Positions 12,781 to 24,632 of a stretch of DNA of 64,000 bases are shown in pieces. Under the pieces are notes generated by a model that did no database searches, was not told where the DNA came from, and worked only from the letters and a program-made list of their open reading frames with translations. The DNA is from Octopus sinensis (Eukaryota). A program made the translations under genes and the position numbers. Within the stretch, counting starts at the first letter, position 1, and each line of letters begins with the position of its first letter. Where the stretch lies: positions 26,846,001-26,910,000 of the forward strand of contig NC_042997.1 of assembly GCF_006345805.1 (NCBI RefSeq), written 5' to 3'.

Positions 12781-13686
12781 CGATATAAATATATGTATAT
12801 GTATATATCTATATATATCTATATATATATATAGAGAGAGAGAGAGAGACACACACACACAGTAGAAGCGTGCATGCGTGATAATGTTCCTGTCCAAATT
12901 CTACTGCAAGGAAAAGTTACTGAACCTACTGAATATATGTATATATATGATGTGTGTATGTGTGTTTTATTTCTTCAACTTTAAACATCAGTCTGTCACT
13001 ACTCCAGAGTTCTTGTTCTTTGAACAATCATCACTCTAATTGGCAACATGTTAGATTACAAGCATAAATCATCTCCGTTTCCTGTTGTGGTACACACACA
13101 CACACACATACACATACACACACACACACATACAACAAACACATAAATATTCATATATGCATTATGTACGTCCTTGGATGTACGTATGCGTTTGTGAGAA
13201 AACATGTGCTTCTTTAGTGTTAAGTACAACAATATTAAAGTTATCAGTACAGTCAAATGTGTAGTTCCAAGTTTATGTAATATATTGTGTAGCTTCACCT
13301 CAAATTCTAAGTGTTTATAAATCCAGATGAATATTATCTCGACTTGGTTGGACATAAAATTTAAATATAGCTTGTTATCTTCAGGAACAGAGAGAGCAAA
13401 GATTGCTTAATGCCTCACTGTAATAATATCAGTACTTAACATCATTATATGCACACACACACACACACACACATATAAACATATGTGTGCATGTATATCT
13501 ATATATGTAATGTACCGTTTGGTTATTGGAGATAGTTATAGATATATACGCACATTTATCAGTCTATTCGCCTCTCTATCGCTTTCACTCACTCTCTCCT
13601 CACTCAAGCTATTTATCCATCTCACTCTCTAAATCTTTCTCCCTTTCTCTCTCTCCCTCTCTCTCTCTCTATATATATATATATAT

Positions 13687-13920
13687 GAGGCGGCGAGCTG
13701 GCAGAAACGTTAGCACGCCGGGCGAAATGCGTTGCCGTATTTCGTCTGCCGTTACGTTCCGAGTTCAAATTCCGCCGAGGTCGACTTTGCCTTTCATCCT
13801 TCCGGGGTCGATAAATTAAGCACCAGTTACGCACTGGAGTCGATGTAATCGACTTAATCCGTTTGTTTGTCCTTGTTTGTCTCCTCTGTATTTAGCCCCT
13901 TGTGGGTAGTAAAGAAATAT
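13687..13920 (+). mobile_element. SINE family C
   Basis: ggcggcgagctggcagaaacgttagcacg..gtaaagaaata. Confidence 0.9.
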
Positions 13921-13931
13921 ATATATATATA

Positions 13932-13963
<32 letters not shown>

Positions 13964-13974
13964 CTTTTGTGTAT

Positions 13975-14175
13975 CTGTGTTTGTACTTCCACCATTGCTT
14001 GACTACCATTGTTGGTGTGTTTACGTCACCGTACTTTAGTGATTCGGTCAAGGAGACCGATAGAATAAGCACTAGGCTTACAAAGAATATGTCCTAAGGT
14101 CGATTTGTTCGACTAAAGGCTGTGCTCTAGCAAGGCTGCAGTCGAATGACTGAAACAAATAAAATAATAAAAGAA
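13975..14175 (+). mobile_element. SINE family B, 3' half
   Basis: gagaccgatagaataagcactaggcttacaaagaat..gactgaaacaaataaaat. Confidence 0.8.
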
Positions 14176-14275
14176 TATGTATATATATATATATATATAT
14201 ATTACGGAAATGTACTTGCACACCTAGTGACCTGATCTGAGATCGTGTGCTGGAACGAAAACAATTGCATCGTGG

Positions 14276-14496
14276 AAGCCATTTAAGAAACACACAAAAG
14301 CCGTTAGATTCACGTCAACATTTAAATTTAATTTGCCAAAATATTTTCGTCGTTTTGAGACCGCGACCTGATCACAGACAAAATTCCGTGTTGCACGGTG
14401 AACAGGTCGCGGTCTCAAAGCGACGAAAATATTTTGGCAAATTAATTTAAATGTTCAAGTGAATCTAAGGGTTTTTATGTGTTTCTTAAATGGCTT
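14276..14496. repeat. Long imperfect inverted repeat (about 95-bp arms), MITE-like fold-back
   Basis: aagccatttaagaaacac..gagaccgcgacctg / caggtcgcggtctc..gtgtttcttaaatggctt. Confidence 0.9.
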
Positions 14497-15532
14497 ATAA
14501 TGGAAATTCAATCTATGAAATGACAAGGTAATTCATATGTATGAATATATATCTGTGTGTGTGTGTGTGTGTCTGTGTGTATTTGTGTATGCTTTCAAAA
14601 TCATCACTTAACAAACCGGTGTTACAGTGCTTACGCCTCTTTAACCAAGTGATTCTGCAAAAGGGATGATTACCATGATTAAAGAAATACCATGATTAAA
14701 GAAATAAGTTCTGTTGACGATTCGTTCGAATAAATATTTCAATGCTCTGCCCCAGCATGGCTGCAGTCCAATGACTATATAACTATAAGATAAGAGCTTT
14801 TATACTACGGGGTGCAGAATAGTTCTTCGCTTTAAGGGTGCCGAGAAAGGCCTGGGTGGATGGTCAATCTTCCAGCACCCCATCGTGTGTGTTTGAGAGT
14901 TTGGGAGTGTGTGTCTGTGTGAGTGTGTAAAGGCGCATGACACAGTGATTAGAGGCTCGGTTTTGTGAGCTTGATTTCCGCACCAGTCTTGAGGAAATTA
15001 GTTGCAACGTCACTAATGTAAAGCTGTATCGCCCTTTGCCTTTCTTTTGAATAATATCAGTGGTGTTGAGAGTGGGGACTGGTATGCATGGCAAGTGCTG
15101 GATTTCGACCAATAGCCTCGCCCGGAATTGTGCCGGGGAGGGGAACTTTCTCGGTCCAATCTCAATGGAAACTAGGCATTGTATTTTGTAGGGCAGAAAA
15201 TTTCTTATTAGAGATAAATACCTGTAAGCACATATAGTTGGCTCAAATTGCTCCTTCAACAGTTTGATGGATGCATAGATGTCGGGTGTGTTATCTCCTC
15301 TTAGCAACAGAAATCGGTAAAGCAAAATTTGCGGAATGACTCGTCCTCCTTATTACTTTCCCATCATAGTACTTTGAGTAATAATGGGAACCAGCGGCTC
15401 ACCATAAATACCCCCCCCCCCATATATATATATAAACACCCATTGTATTATGTATTGTGCATTTGTATATATCTATGTACACATATATATATTTCTGTAA
15501 ATCTTATACCACACAAACAACAGATATATAAC

Positions 15533-15580
<48 letters not shown>

Positions 15581-15639
15581 ATTACTTACATGTACATATA
15601 TAACATATATATATATATATTATATATAATATATATATA

Positions 15640-15838
15640 ATATAGTTAATCCAAACATGAAAACACAAAGAGAAACCACAACAACGCGAGGACGTGGAAC
15701 AAATATAGTATTATTGGACGCTCAGGAGGGAAGGGAAGAAGGAGGGCTTAAAGTTTCGAGATGAGCTCTTCGTCAGAAACACAGGAAAAGGAAAGATCCA
15801 GAGAAGGGAAGACAGAGGAAAACAAATCGCCAACGATA
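15640..15838 (-). mobile_element. (TA)n-abutting short repeat F2 with hammerhead-like core, probable PLE terminal-repeat relic
   Basis: GUUU-CUGACGA-AGAGCUCAUCUC-GAAA-CUUU-AAGC at 15746-15780; degenerate copy at 49050-49245 (+). Confidence 0.55.
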
Positions 15839-15841
15839 TAT

Positions 15842-16215
15842 AGGCGCAGCAGTGGCTGTGTGGCAAGTAACTTGCTTACTAAACACATGGTTCCGGGTGC
15901 AATTGTCTTCTTGTAGCCTCGGGCCGACCAAACCCTTCTGACTGGATTTGATAGATGGAAACTGAAAGAAGCCCGTCGTATGTATATATATATTTGTGTG
16001 TGTGTGTGTTTGTGTCTGTGTCTGTGTCCCCCAAAATCGCTTGACAACCGATGCCTGTGTGTTTACGTCCACGTAACTTAGCGGTTTGGCCTGAGTGTCC
16101 GATAGAATAAGTACTAGGCTTACAAAGAATAAGGCCTGGGTTCGATTTGCTCGACTAAAGGCAGTGCTCTAGAATGGCCGTAGACAAATGACTGAAACAA
16201 GTAAAAGAATAAAAG
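15842..16215 (+). mobile_element. SINE family B
   Basis: Match to B consensus with small deletion. Confidence 0.9.
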
Positions 16216-17184
16216 AATGTATATATACGCGCATATTTATTCATTTATGTAATGTATATTTATATATGAATGAGTATAAAAGCATGAGAGAATTTATGTG
16301 TGAGCTTGTGTGAGCTTTTATGAGTGCTTACGTATGTATATATATATAATTTACTCTCAGCTTAGTTCTTTTAACAGATCAAACGCCTTTTCAGACAGCT
16401 TAATTTTAACGTGTATTTTATAATCATATTTTTTTTTTCATTCATATGGTAGTAATTTTTGGTTTGTTTGTGAAAATTTTCCACTATTCTTTCATTTCGA
16501 ACATCTGAAGATCAAAACTGTATATAAAGATACGATTGAAAAGTCTATGACCATATAAATACTTATGTACATACATGTCTAACGGTCTATCTTCCTGTGC
16601 TTGTAAATAATGATCGTAGGACGCATTGATAAACATGTATGTAGTCTTTTATTTTTCATCATTGAATATTCTGATAAGAGAGACCAGCGATATTAACTTC
16701 TTAAATGTTATGAAATCAATGGTCCGACTCTTCCTGTTGGCAGTTCCAAAAGGTGAATGCTAGTAACTAAAGAGTATCCACCAAAACACATATTTCTGAT
16801 ATGGAGATTTTTATCTCCTCAAATTTTACCGGATGTACAAAGAAAAAGGAAGCCTTTGAGCGATCGCCCGATATATAAGAAAATAAAAGGGGGATCTTCG
16901 TTCACTTCCCTCGTTTTGAATAAAGAAACGTTGACATTCATCGGTATATGCGAATCTACAATTCATTCGATAATGTAATACTACATAACACATAACGCTT
17001 AAAAGGCTGCACAGTCACCGGTAAAATGCACTTCGTTACATCTATTTATTAATCATGTACATACATAATACATCTATGCATATATATATATATATATATA
17101 TATAGTTTATAGATTCGAGGCAGGTGTTCTCTTGATAGAATATATCTCGTAGTGCTTGAGAGATTTGGATTTGAGCAGGTAGGG

Positions 17185-17400
17185 GAGTAAATGTAAGGAG
17201 AAGTAAGTTAGGGAAGTCGATGTACAAAAAATATTACATACATTTAATACAAAACAACTTAAACAGAATGGAAATATCAGGAATTATTCTGTGTAAGTCG
17301 GACTTTTTCATATGTATACATATGTACATTTTTTGCATTAAAATGCATTTCACACTTTTGTTCATCGACTTGCATAACTTGCTTGTCCTTACATTTACTC
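17185..17400. repeat. Decayed fold-back / MITE-like element (45-bp terminal inverted repeats, about 5 mismatches)
   Basis: gagtaaatgtaaggagaagtaagttagggaagtcgatgtacaaaa vs ttttgttcatcgacttgcataacttgcttgtccttacatttactc; inner acttaaacagaat/attctgtgtaagt. Confidence 0.8.
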
Positions 17401-17419
17401 TCAGATATGTGTGTGCGTG

Positions 17420-17645
17420 TGGAGGCTTGTCGTTTAGTGGTTAGGGTGTCAGCCTCATGATTGCATGATTGTAGTTTCGATTCCTGGACCGGGCGACGCG
17501 TGGTGTTCTTGAGCAAAACACTTCATTTCACGTTACTCAAGTCCACTCAACTGGCAAAAATGACTAGCGCTGCGACACATACGACATTGAAACAGGGAAA
17601 CCGGGCCCATGAGCCTGGCTAGGTTTCAATAGGGCGCATTTATTT
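17420..17645 (+). mobile_element. SINE family D, degenerate
   Basis: Matches 9852-10100 in opposite orientation. Confidence 0.8.
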
Positions 17646-17678
<33 letters not shown>

Positions 17679-17780
17679 CAAAGTATTGTAGTTCGCTTGA
17701 AGCATTGTGTATTGTTTGTAAAGAATAAAAAGTTTTTGACTGGTACAACAATGCACTATAATATAGGCAATGGGCTATAT

Positions 17781-17948
17781 ACCTGTTGTAATTTAGTCAT
17801 CCATAGTCTGATATGATATTTCAGAATAATATTCCTTCTTCAGATATTCTTAGATGGAGTCGCTGCTATAATCGGCTTCCTAATGTATCTGAAGAAGGAA
17901 TATTATTCCGAAATATATCAGACTATGGGTGACTAAATTACAACAGGT
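17781..17948. repeat. Inverted repeat (about 65-bp arms) made of two head-to-head hammerhead-like units
   Basis: acctgttgtaatttagtc..ccttcttcagata / tatctgaagaagg..gactaaattacaacaggt. Confidence 0.9.
17811..17847 (-). ncRNA. Minimal type-I hammerhead ribozyme motif, canonical core
   Basis: AUAU-CUGAAGA-A-GGAAU auu AUUCU-GAAA-UAUC-AUAU: stem I AUAU/AUAU, 5-bp stem II, palindromic stem III AUAU, AUC cleavage triplet. Confidence 0.6.
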
Positions 17949-18017
17949 GTTGACTTTATTACAGTGCATTGTTGTAACATTCAAAAATGTTATTCTTTAT
18001 ATATATATATATTTATA

Positions 18018-18159
18018 AAGCAAATAAGTAACAAGGATGTCCAGGTATTAACCGAGGAGAGTGGTTTATTTCAAATTGATGTAATGCTTGCATTGATCGA
18101 TTAAATCGAGGTGCATGAAACGGCCGTAATGCCTGGACATCCTTGTTACTTATTTGCTT
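18018..18159. repeat. Perfect 28-bp inverted repeats flanking about 86 bp, between (TA)n tracts
   Basis: aagcaaataagtaacaaggatgtccagg / cctggacatccttgttacttatttgctt. Confidence 0.9.
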
Positions 18160-18180
18160 CTTATTTACCTCACTTCGAGT

Positions 18181-18232
<52 letters not shown>

Positions 18233-18399
18233 CGATTGACTGAAGGGACATGAGAAAGTGGTACTGAACACATTTGGATGGAGTTATTTAATAACTGTTT
18301 GATTAGTATAGATGCATCTTAATGTTTCTAAGGCTCGCAAAACTAACCTACCTCTTCAGGCCTAAATTACTTATCAAACTATCATCGAATAATATATAT

Positions 18400-18750
18400 T
18401 TTCTCTCTTCTTTTACTTGTTCAAGTCCCTAAATTGCGGCCATACTGGTGCATTGCCTTTCAGAATTTAAGACGAACGAATCGAGTTTGGTACTTATTCT
18501 CTTTTTTTAATGTCATGTGCTAAGTCTACCAGTTTTTTTTTTTTTTGGCTGTACTGCTATATAGGAGAAACAGTAACACACGGACAACGGTTTTCAAGAG
18601 GGTGGGGTGGTTGACAAAAACAGACACAAGGATGGACACACACACGCACACACACATATATATTTATAGATGCGACAAGCTTCTTTCAATTTCCGTCTAC
18701 CATATTCACTTGTAAGATTTCGGTCAACCCATGGCTTTAGTTGACTCGCA
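18400..18750 (-). mobile_element. SINE family B, strongly degenerate
   Basis: gcggccatactggtgc, acaagcttctttcaatttccgtctacc remnants. Confidence 0.6.
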
Positions 18751-19534
18751 TTGAGACTGAAACAGCTGATGAAAAAAAAATCATATTGGGGTACCTGTGT
18801 CTGAAAATACTCAACTAATTAAATGCGATTATTACTACAGTTAATTAACAAATATCTCATAAGCATAAATTCTAACAGAGATATGCTTATACACGCGCGC
18901 ATGTACGCACATACTCACATATATGATTGTGTATGTATGTACGTTTGTATATATTTATGTACCATTTTGCTCGTGTCGAACAAAGCCGTGACATTGTTAA
19001 TTTCGTCGAGACAATACATGTCTGTTAAAGATTAATCTAATTTCTGGGCTAATGCAATGATGAAAGCATGGTGCTGATCGAACAACTGGACGCACGTAAG
19101 TCGTTCTTATCGAGAGAATTCATTACACATACGTTTCTGTGTATGTGTATGCGTGTGTGTGTTTGAGAGGGGGGTGACTGTCTGTCTGACAGTGTGTGTG
19201 TATCTGCGTGAGTATGTGATTGTGTGTGTGCCTGTGCGTGTGTGAGAGTCGTGGTATTGTTTACAACAATCTTACGCGGAGTTTTATACCTTAGTTATTT
19301 AGCACACTTGATGGACTATGCTTCCGGCAAAACCATAATTGTATCAATACACAGTGCTTGCAGTTCACATTGCAGATCTAGAAAGTAAGTTTTGCTGTAA
19401 TATATATATATATATATATAATGTATGTATGTATGTATGTATGTATGTATGTATGTATGTATGTATGTATGTATGTATGTATGTATTAATTATATATATA
19501 TATATATATACAGAGACAGAGAGAGATAAGGGGT

Positions 19535-19750
19535 TTTGTCTAGTGGTTAGGATGTTAGACTCACAATCGTAATGTCGAGTGTTCTATTCTCACCAGCGCA
19601 TGTGTCGTTATGCGAGACACTTTGTTTCATGTTAATCCAATCCAAACAGCTGACAAAAGCATTAGTAGTAGCAGTAATTCAGAGGGGAAACCTGTTCACA
19701 TTCTGAGTCACGTTGGCTTTTCCTCTGAATTGCGTTAAGGGTGAGGTGGT
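19535..19750 (+). mobile_element. Old degenerate SINE with D-like head/CORE and A-like central segment
   Basis: tctagtggttaggatgttagactcacaatc..gagacactttgtttcatgtt..cagctgacaaaa; gtcacgttggcttttcctctgaattgcgttaagggt. Confidence 0.45.
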
Positions 19751-19832
19751 TAGCCACTTCTTCTTTAATATCACAAGCTGGCTAGTCCATTGATAGCATC
19801 ACCTGAATTCTTCGCCGTTATCACCTACGGGG

Positions 19833-19863
<31 letters not shown>

Positions 19864-19878
19864 GATATATATGTGTGT

Positions 19879-19915
<37 letters not shown>

Positions 19916-20029
19916 ATAAAACTTAGAAAGTTAGGTATGTTTCGACCAAAGATTGGTCCAGGCTATGTCAAACTTAATAACACAACCTGATAGGATTATC
20001 TAAATTCTTTTTAAGTGAAGTTTTGTGGT

Positions 20030-20525
20030 AGCATGGTCCATCCAAGTAGGGAGTTCTTGTTGAGTGAGTTGTATCCAGGTATGGGTGGCTTATCTAGTAG
20101 AAACAATACTACTCTTCAAGAAATTTGTTCAGATTTCGTTTAAAGGTGATTATATCCATTTTCTCTTTGATCTGTTTTGGGACAATACTAAATAGGGCAG
20201 GGCCTGTTGAGGAAAAGAAATTGTGTTGCAGTGTATTTATGTGTTGTGATCCTGAATTAGGTAGGGGACGTATGGCCCGTGCTCCAAGCCTTGGATGAAT
20301 TTTGAAGCTGATGTTGAGGTCATTTGGACAATGATGTATCGCTTGCGGCAACGATGGAAAATGTAGAGTTTCAATGGTTTAAGGCGGTCCCAGTAATCGA
20401 GATCAGTCACGGTCTCAATTCGTTTAGTGAATGTCCTCTGAGGTGATTCAGTTTTGAAAATGCTTTGTTTTGTATGAGGAGACCACAGGGGGCAGTAGTA
20501 TTCGCGGTATGGCCGTATAAAGGAG
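20030..20525 (-). pseudogene. CR1/L2-superfamily LINE, RT C-terminal fragment
   Basis: FIRPYREYYCPLWSPHTKQSIFKTESPQRTFTKRIETVTDLDYWDRLKPLKLY..RKRYII, then PNDLNISFKIHPRLG..GPALFSIVPKQIKE..FKRNLNKFL. Confidence 0.8.
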
Positions 20526-20769
20526 GAGAAAAGTGGAATGATGACACCATAGGATCCAGGAACCCATCCTACGAATTACATCGACCTTATTGTTGATGTG
20601 GGCACTCCAACTTAGATTGTTATCAACAATTACTCCTATGTCTCTAATATTATGAGATGCTGATACGATAAATATCCTGGAAAGAGCTGTAAGACTTTCT
20701 ATTTATAAATGTTCTTAATTCTTCACAGCCTTGACTTTTTATCTCATCCTAATATATATATATATATAT

Positions 20770-20808
<39 letters not shown>

Positions 20809-20917
20809 ATGTGTGCATGTGTGTGTGTGTGTGCATGTATGTGTACGCGTGTATGTATATATATACATACGCACACACACACATATATATATATATAAAT
20901 ATGTATATAAATATGTA

Positions 20918-21072
20918 GTAGTGGGTGTGTTGTAAGTAGCTTGCTTACCAAACACATGTTTTCGGGTTGAGTCCCACTGCGTGGCACTTAGGGCTGATGT
21001 CTTCTACCATAGCCTCAGGTAGACCAAAACCTATGGGTGGATTTGGTAGACGGAAGCTGAAAGAAACTCGTC

Positions 21073-21112
<40 letters not shown>

Positions 21113-21318
21113 ATGTTTGTGTATCTGTGTTCGTCTCCCCACCGTCACCTGATAACAGATGTTGGTGTGTTTACGTAGCTGTAACTTCGCGGTTCGGCAA
21201 AAAGAACCGATAGTATAAGTACTAGGTTTACAAAGAATAAGTCCCGGGGTCGATTTGTTCGACTAAAGGCGGTGCTCCAGCATGGCTGCAGTCGAGTTGC
21301 TGAAACAATTAAAAGAAT
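20918..21318 (+). mobile_element. SINE family B
   Basis: Match to B consensus. Confidence 0.85.
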
Positions 21319-21327
21319 ATATATATA

Positions 21328-21509
21328 TTATTTTATTTGTCTCAGTCACTCGATTGCGGCCATGCTGGAGAACCGCTTCTATTCGAACAAATCGACTCCA
21401 GAAGTTATTCTTTGTAGACCTAGTACTTATTCTATCGGTTCTTTTGCTGAACCGCAAAGTTAAGGGTACGTAAGCACACCAACATCTGTTATCAGGTGCT
21501 GGTGGGGAG
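21328..21509 (-). mobile_element. SINE family B 3' part, tail-to-tail with previous copy
   Basis: Reverse complement shares cacctgataacagatgttggtgtg with 21146-21169. Confidence 0.85.
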
Positions 21510-21534
21510 TCTTTTTGGCCTAGAGAGTATCTCA

Positions 21535-22030
21535 ACAGGTATAATATGGCTGCACAATATATTCACTGGGTAATTTGCAAAGACCTGGACTTGCCCCATG
21601 ATAAAAACTGGTGGGAATACAAACGACCTCGAGTGCTCGAAAAGTGATCACGTCTCACTCCTCTGGAACTTCACCATTCAAACTGACATAAAGATGGATG
21701 CAAATAGGCCAGACATCATATTGAAAGACTTCAGACAAAAATCATGCCTCCTCATTGATATGACTGTCCCAATCGATATAAACGTATCTGTCAAGACCTA
21801 CCAAAAACTGAGCACGTATAAAGATCTTGAAATAGAAATTAGCAAAATGTGGAACCTGAAGACTAAAACAATACCTGTTGTCATAAGTACCCTGGGAATG
21901 ATAGCAAAAGGGGCTGATTGCTACCTAGCTCAGATACCAGGAAACCCCCAAAATGACGGAAATTCAAAAGATAGTGCTCATGGCAACTGCCCTTATCCTA
22001 CGCAAAATACTTTCTATGTAATCTCAAATC
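21535..22030 (+). pseudogene. R4/Dong-like LINE 3' fragment (restriction-like endonuclease)
   Basis: YIHWVICK..KNWWEY..LLWNFTIQTDIKMDANRPDIILKDFRQKSCLLIDMTVPIDINVSVKTYQKLSTYKDLEIEISKMWNLKTKTIPVVISTLG. Confidence 0.85.
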
Positions 22031-23234
22031 TGAAAGCAAACACAAAGGGCAGATAAATATAGTGTATACATTGGTAGGCCATTAAAAAGCACACCAGATT
22101 GTTCATTTACAGAGTCATGTGTCAGAGAAAATGGGGACGACAGAAAGAAAAAGCAAAAAATTGAAATATAGAAAAGTAAACAAATAATTTTTTTTCTGCT
22201 AACTTTCAGTATTTTGGACGAGATGAAAGAAAATTTAGTGACTTTCATAAATCTCGCCAACAATAATTCTGTAATTAGAGAAGCAGATAACGGATAATAC
22301 TCAGGGCCAATTGAATACTTCCAAACAGCTAAGGAAAGTTCGTTGAACTTACTTCCATGATGAAATTTAGTGAGGCAAATAAATAAATAAATAAATAAAT
22401 AAATAAATATTAGATCTTTCCATTTCAAAATTTCTCAGAAACATGTCGTTAGCACACATTGAGAAGTATAGATTTTTTTTTTTTATTTATTGCCCACAGA
22501 GAGCTAAAAGAGAAATATAGATATTAATGCAATAATTTTGAAAAGCTGAGCTTCTTCTATTCCTGTGCTGCAAATCATAGGAAATCCATTTTTTTCCTTT
22601 GGTTCTAATTCACTAACATGTGTACATTTTTCTGATGTACTATAAAGTATAACTTAATGAGGAAAATAAAGACAGTGAATCAGGGTGTTTGTCTCTCTCC
22701 TCCCGGGCACAAGGACGAGTTTCTAACCTGTGAACAATATATTTCATTTTACTGAAGTAGAACAAAAGGCAAGAAGTTTAGTAGTTTGTGACTATTTATG
22801 GCGCATACAAATTTGAACTAAGCTAAACTTCTCGGTTTATTTTTTGCTTCAGATTGCGTGTGATAATAACGTTGATTGATTAATTCAGTCAGAATTCATT
22901 ACTCAGTATTTGTTTATTTTTAAATTTAATGTCTTTCTCTTTTGACAACCATCAATAATCGCAGTGATGCAGCGAAAAATGAAATGGTTTTACCATAGAC
23001 ATTTTACATTGAATGAGTGGAAATGTGGGATTGGCTGAGACCGCATAGCTATATGGAGCAATGCGGGTTTTGTTACTACCGATTTCATTTTTTTTCTGTG
23101 TCTCTCTTTCTCTCGCCTACTGAACATCTCTATCTTTATAAACTTTTTATCTTGCAACATAAACGTAATTTCACTCGTATCCTTATTGTTGGGTGTATTA
23201 CCTCCATCGATGATCTTAAATGAATGAAAAACAC

Positions 23235-23428
23235 AGAAGCAATTTATGGGAAGAGGTAAGTCGGTTACATCAATAACACTACTCAACAGGTTCCTATTTT
23301 TATCGACCCCGAAAGGATGAAAGGCAATGTCGACATCGGCGTAATTTGAACTCAGAACAAGAAGACGGGACGAAATAGTGCTAAGCATTTCGCCCAACGT
23401 GCTAACGATTCTGCCAGCGCACCGCTTA
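23235..23428 (-). mobile_element. SINE family C
   Basis: tttatcgaccccgaaaggatgaaaggcaatgtcgac..gaactcagaac..gctaacgattctgccagc. Confidence 0.85.
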
Positions 23429-23496
23429 CAGAAGAAAAATATTAAAAAGGAATTAGAATGATGAGAAAGTTAAATAGATGAGTGGAATGAGAGAGA

Positions 23497-23543
<47 letters not shown>

Positions 23544-24114
23544 TGAAAGAAAAAGGAACAAAGAAAGGCAAAAAGAAAGAAAGAAGGAAAGAAAGAAAAG
23601 ATGAGGGAGAGTGAAGTACTACAAATGTCTGAGAAGAAAAATTGTTTTATTGGCTTTTATTAAACTGATAATTTAAACGAATCAAACAAGAAATGCCTTT
23701 AGAGGAAAAAAAAAATCAAGAAGCTCGAAACTTTAAGAAATGATCGAATTTTTTTTAGTTATAACTTACCCCGCATTCTCTTTATATAGCAACAGCACCA
23801 GCAATAACAACCCAACAATAATATACTTAAATATAAAATATATTTAACATTCAAAAGTGTACGAATATATATATGTGTGTGTGTGTGTGTGTACATAGAT
23901 TGATAGATGTATTATACATGTGTGTGTATTATATATATATTATATATATGTATATTATACATATGCATATATATATATATACATGTGCAAATGTATACGG
24001 GCATACTCCCGTATATTTAGATACATGCACACTTACATGCATATATGTACGTACAAATATACAAACGCATACCGTCACATATACACACGCAAACACATAC
24101 ATATATATACATTA

Positions 24115-24500
24115 ATAAGCACACAAAAATTACTTGCAAAAATATTCATTGATTTATTGAAACAGCTAGAAACAACTCATGAATGGCTTACATAGAAGGA
24201 AACCATATTAATCACTATGACTTCAGGAAAAAAAAAGAACTTGAAACAAACCCCGAAAAACTATAAATTCATAACTTGCGTGTCTACAATATACAAAGCC
24301 TTAACTGCAATAATACTACATAGGATAACTAGTGACCTGGAAAAAAACAACTGACTTCCAGAAGAAAATAAAGGATTCTGCCGGCCTCATATTGTTGTGA
24401 AGATCAATTACTGATCTGATCAACAAAGCCATATCCGAATATTGTAGGAAGAGAAAGTAGGGTTTTGAAATTGTATGGATTGATTTTGACAATGTTCCCT
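24115..24500 (+). pseudogene. R4/Dong-like LINE, N-terminal RT fragment, heavily frameshifted
   Basis: Approximate reading across frames: EWLT.G.TIL..NP.NY..ITCVSTIYKALTAIILHRITSDLEKNN.LPEENKGF..CEDQLLI.NKAISEYC..IVWIDF, matching the NYRPITCL/QKG/DQLL/WID motifs. Confidence 0.75.
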
Positions 24501-24632
24501 ATTTCGAGTTTGTGTAAGCATTGGCTTTGTGTAACGTAGCCCTGAAAAGAAGGTCGTGTGCCTGCTGTCGACATCTTCGTTGTCGTTTCGTTGCTTCTTA
24601 GTTACACTCACTAGGTGGAATTATAATCAAAT

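Noticed and set aside
22024-22428. 134-aa minus-strand ORF, and a strong + strand acceptor at 22209
   Set aside because: The ORF starts in an (AAAT)n repeat with no motif; all frames after the acceptor stop within 30 codons and no convincing donor exists
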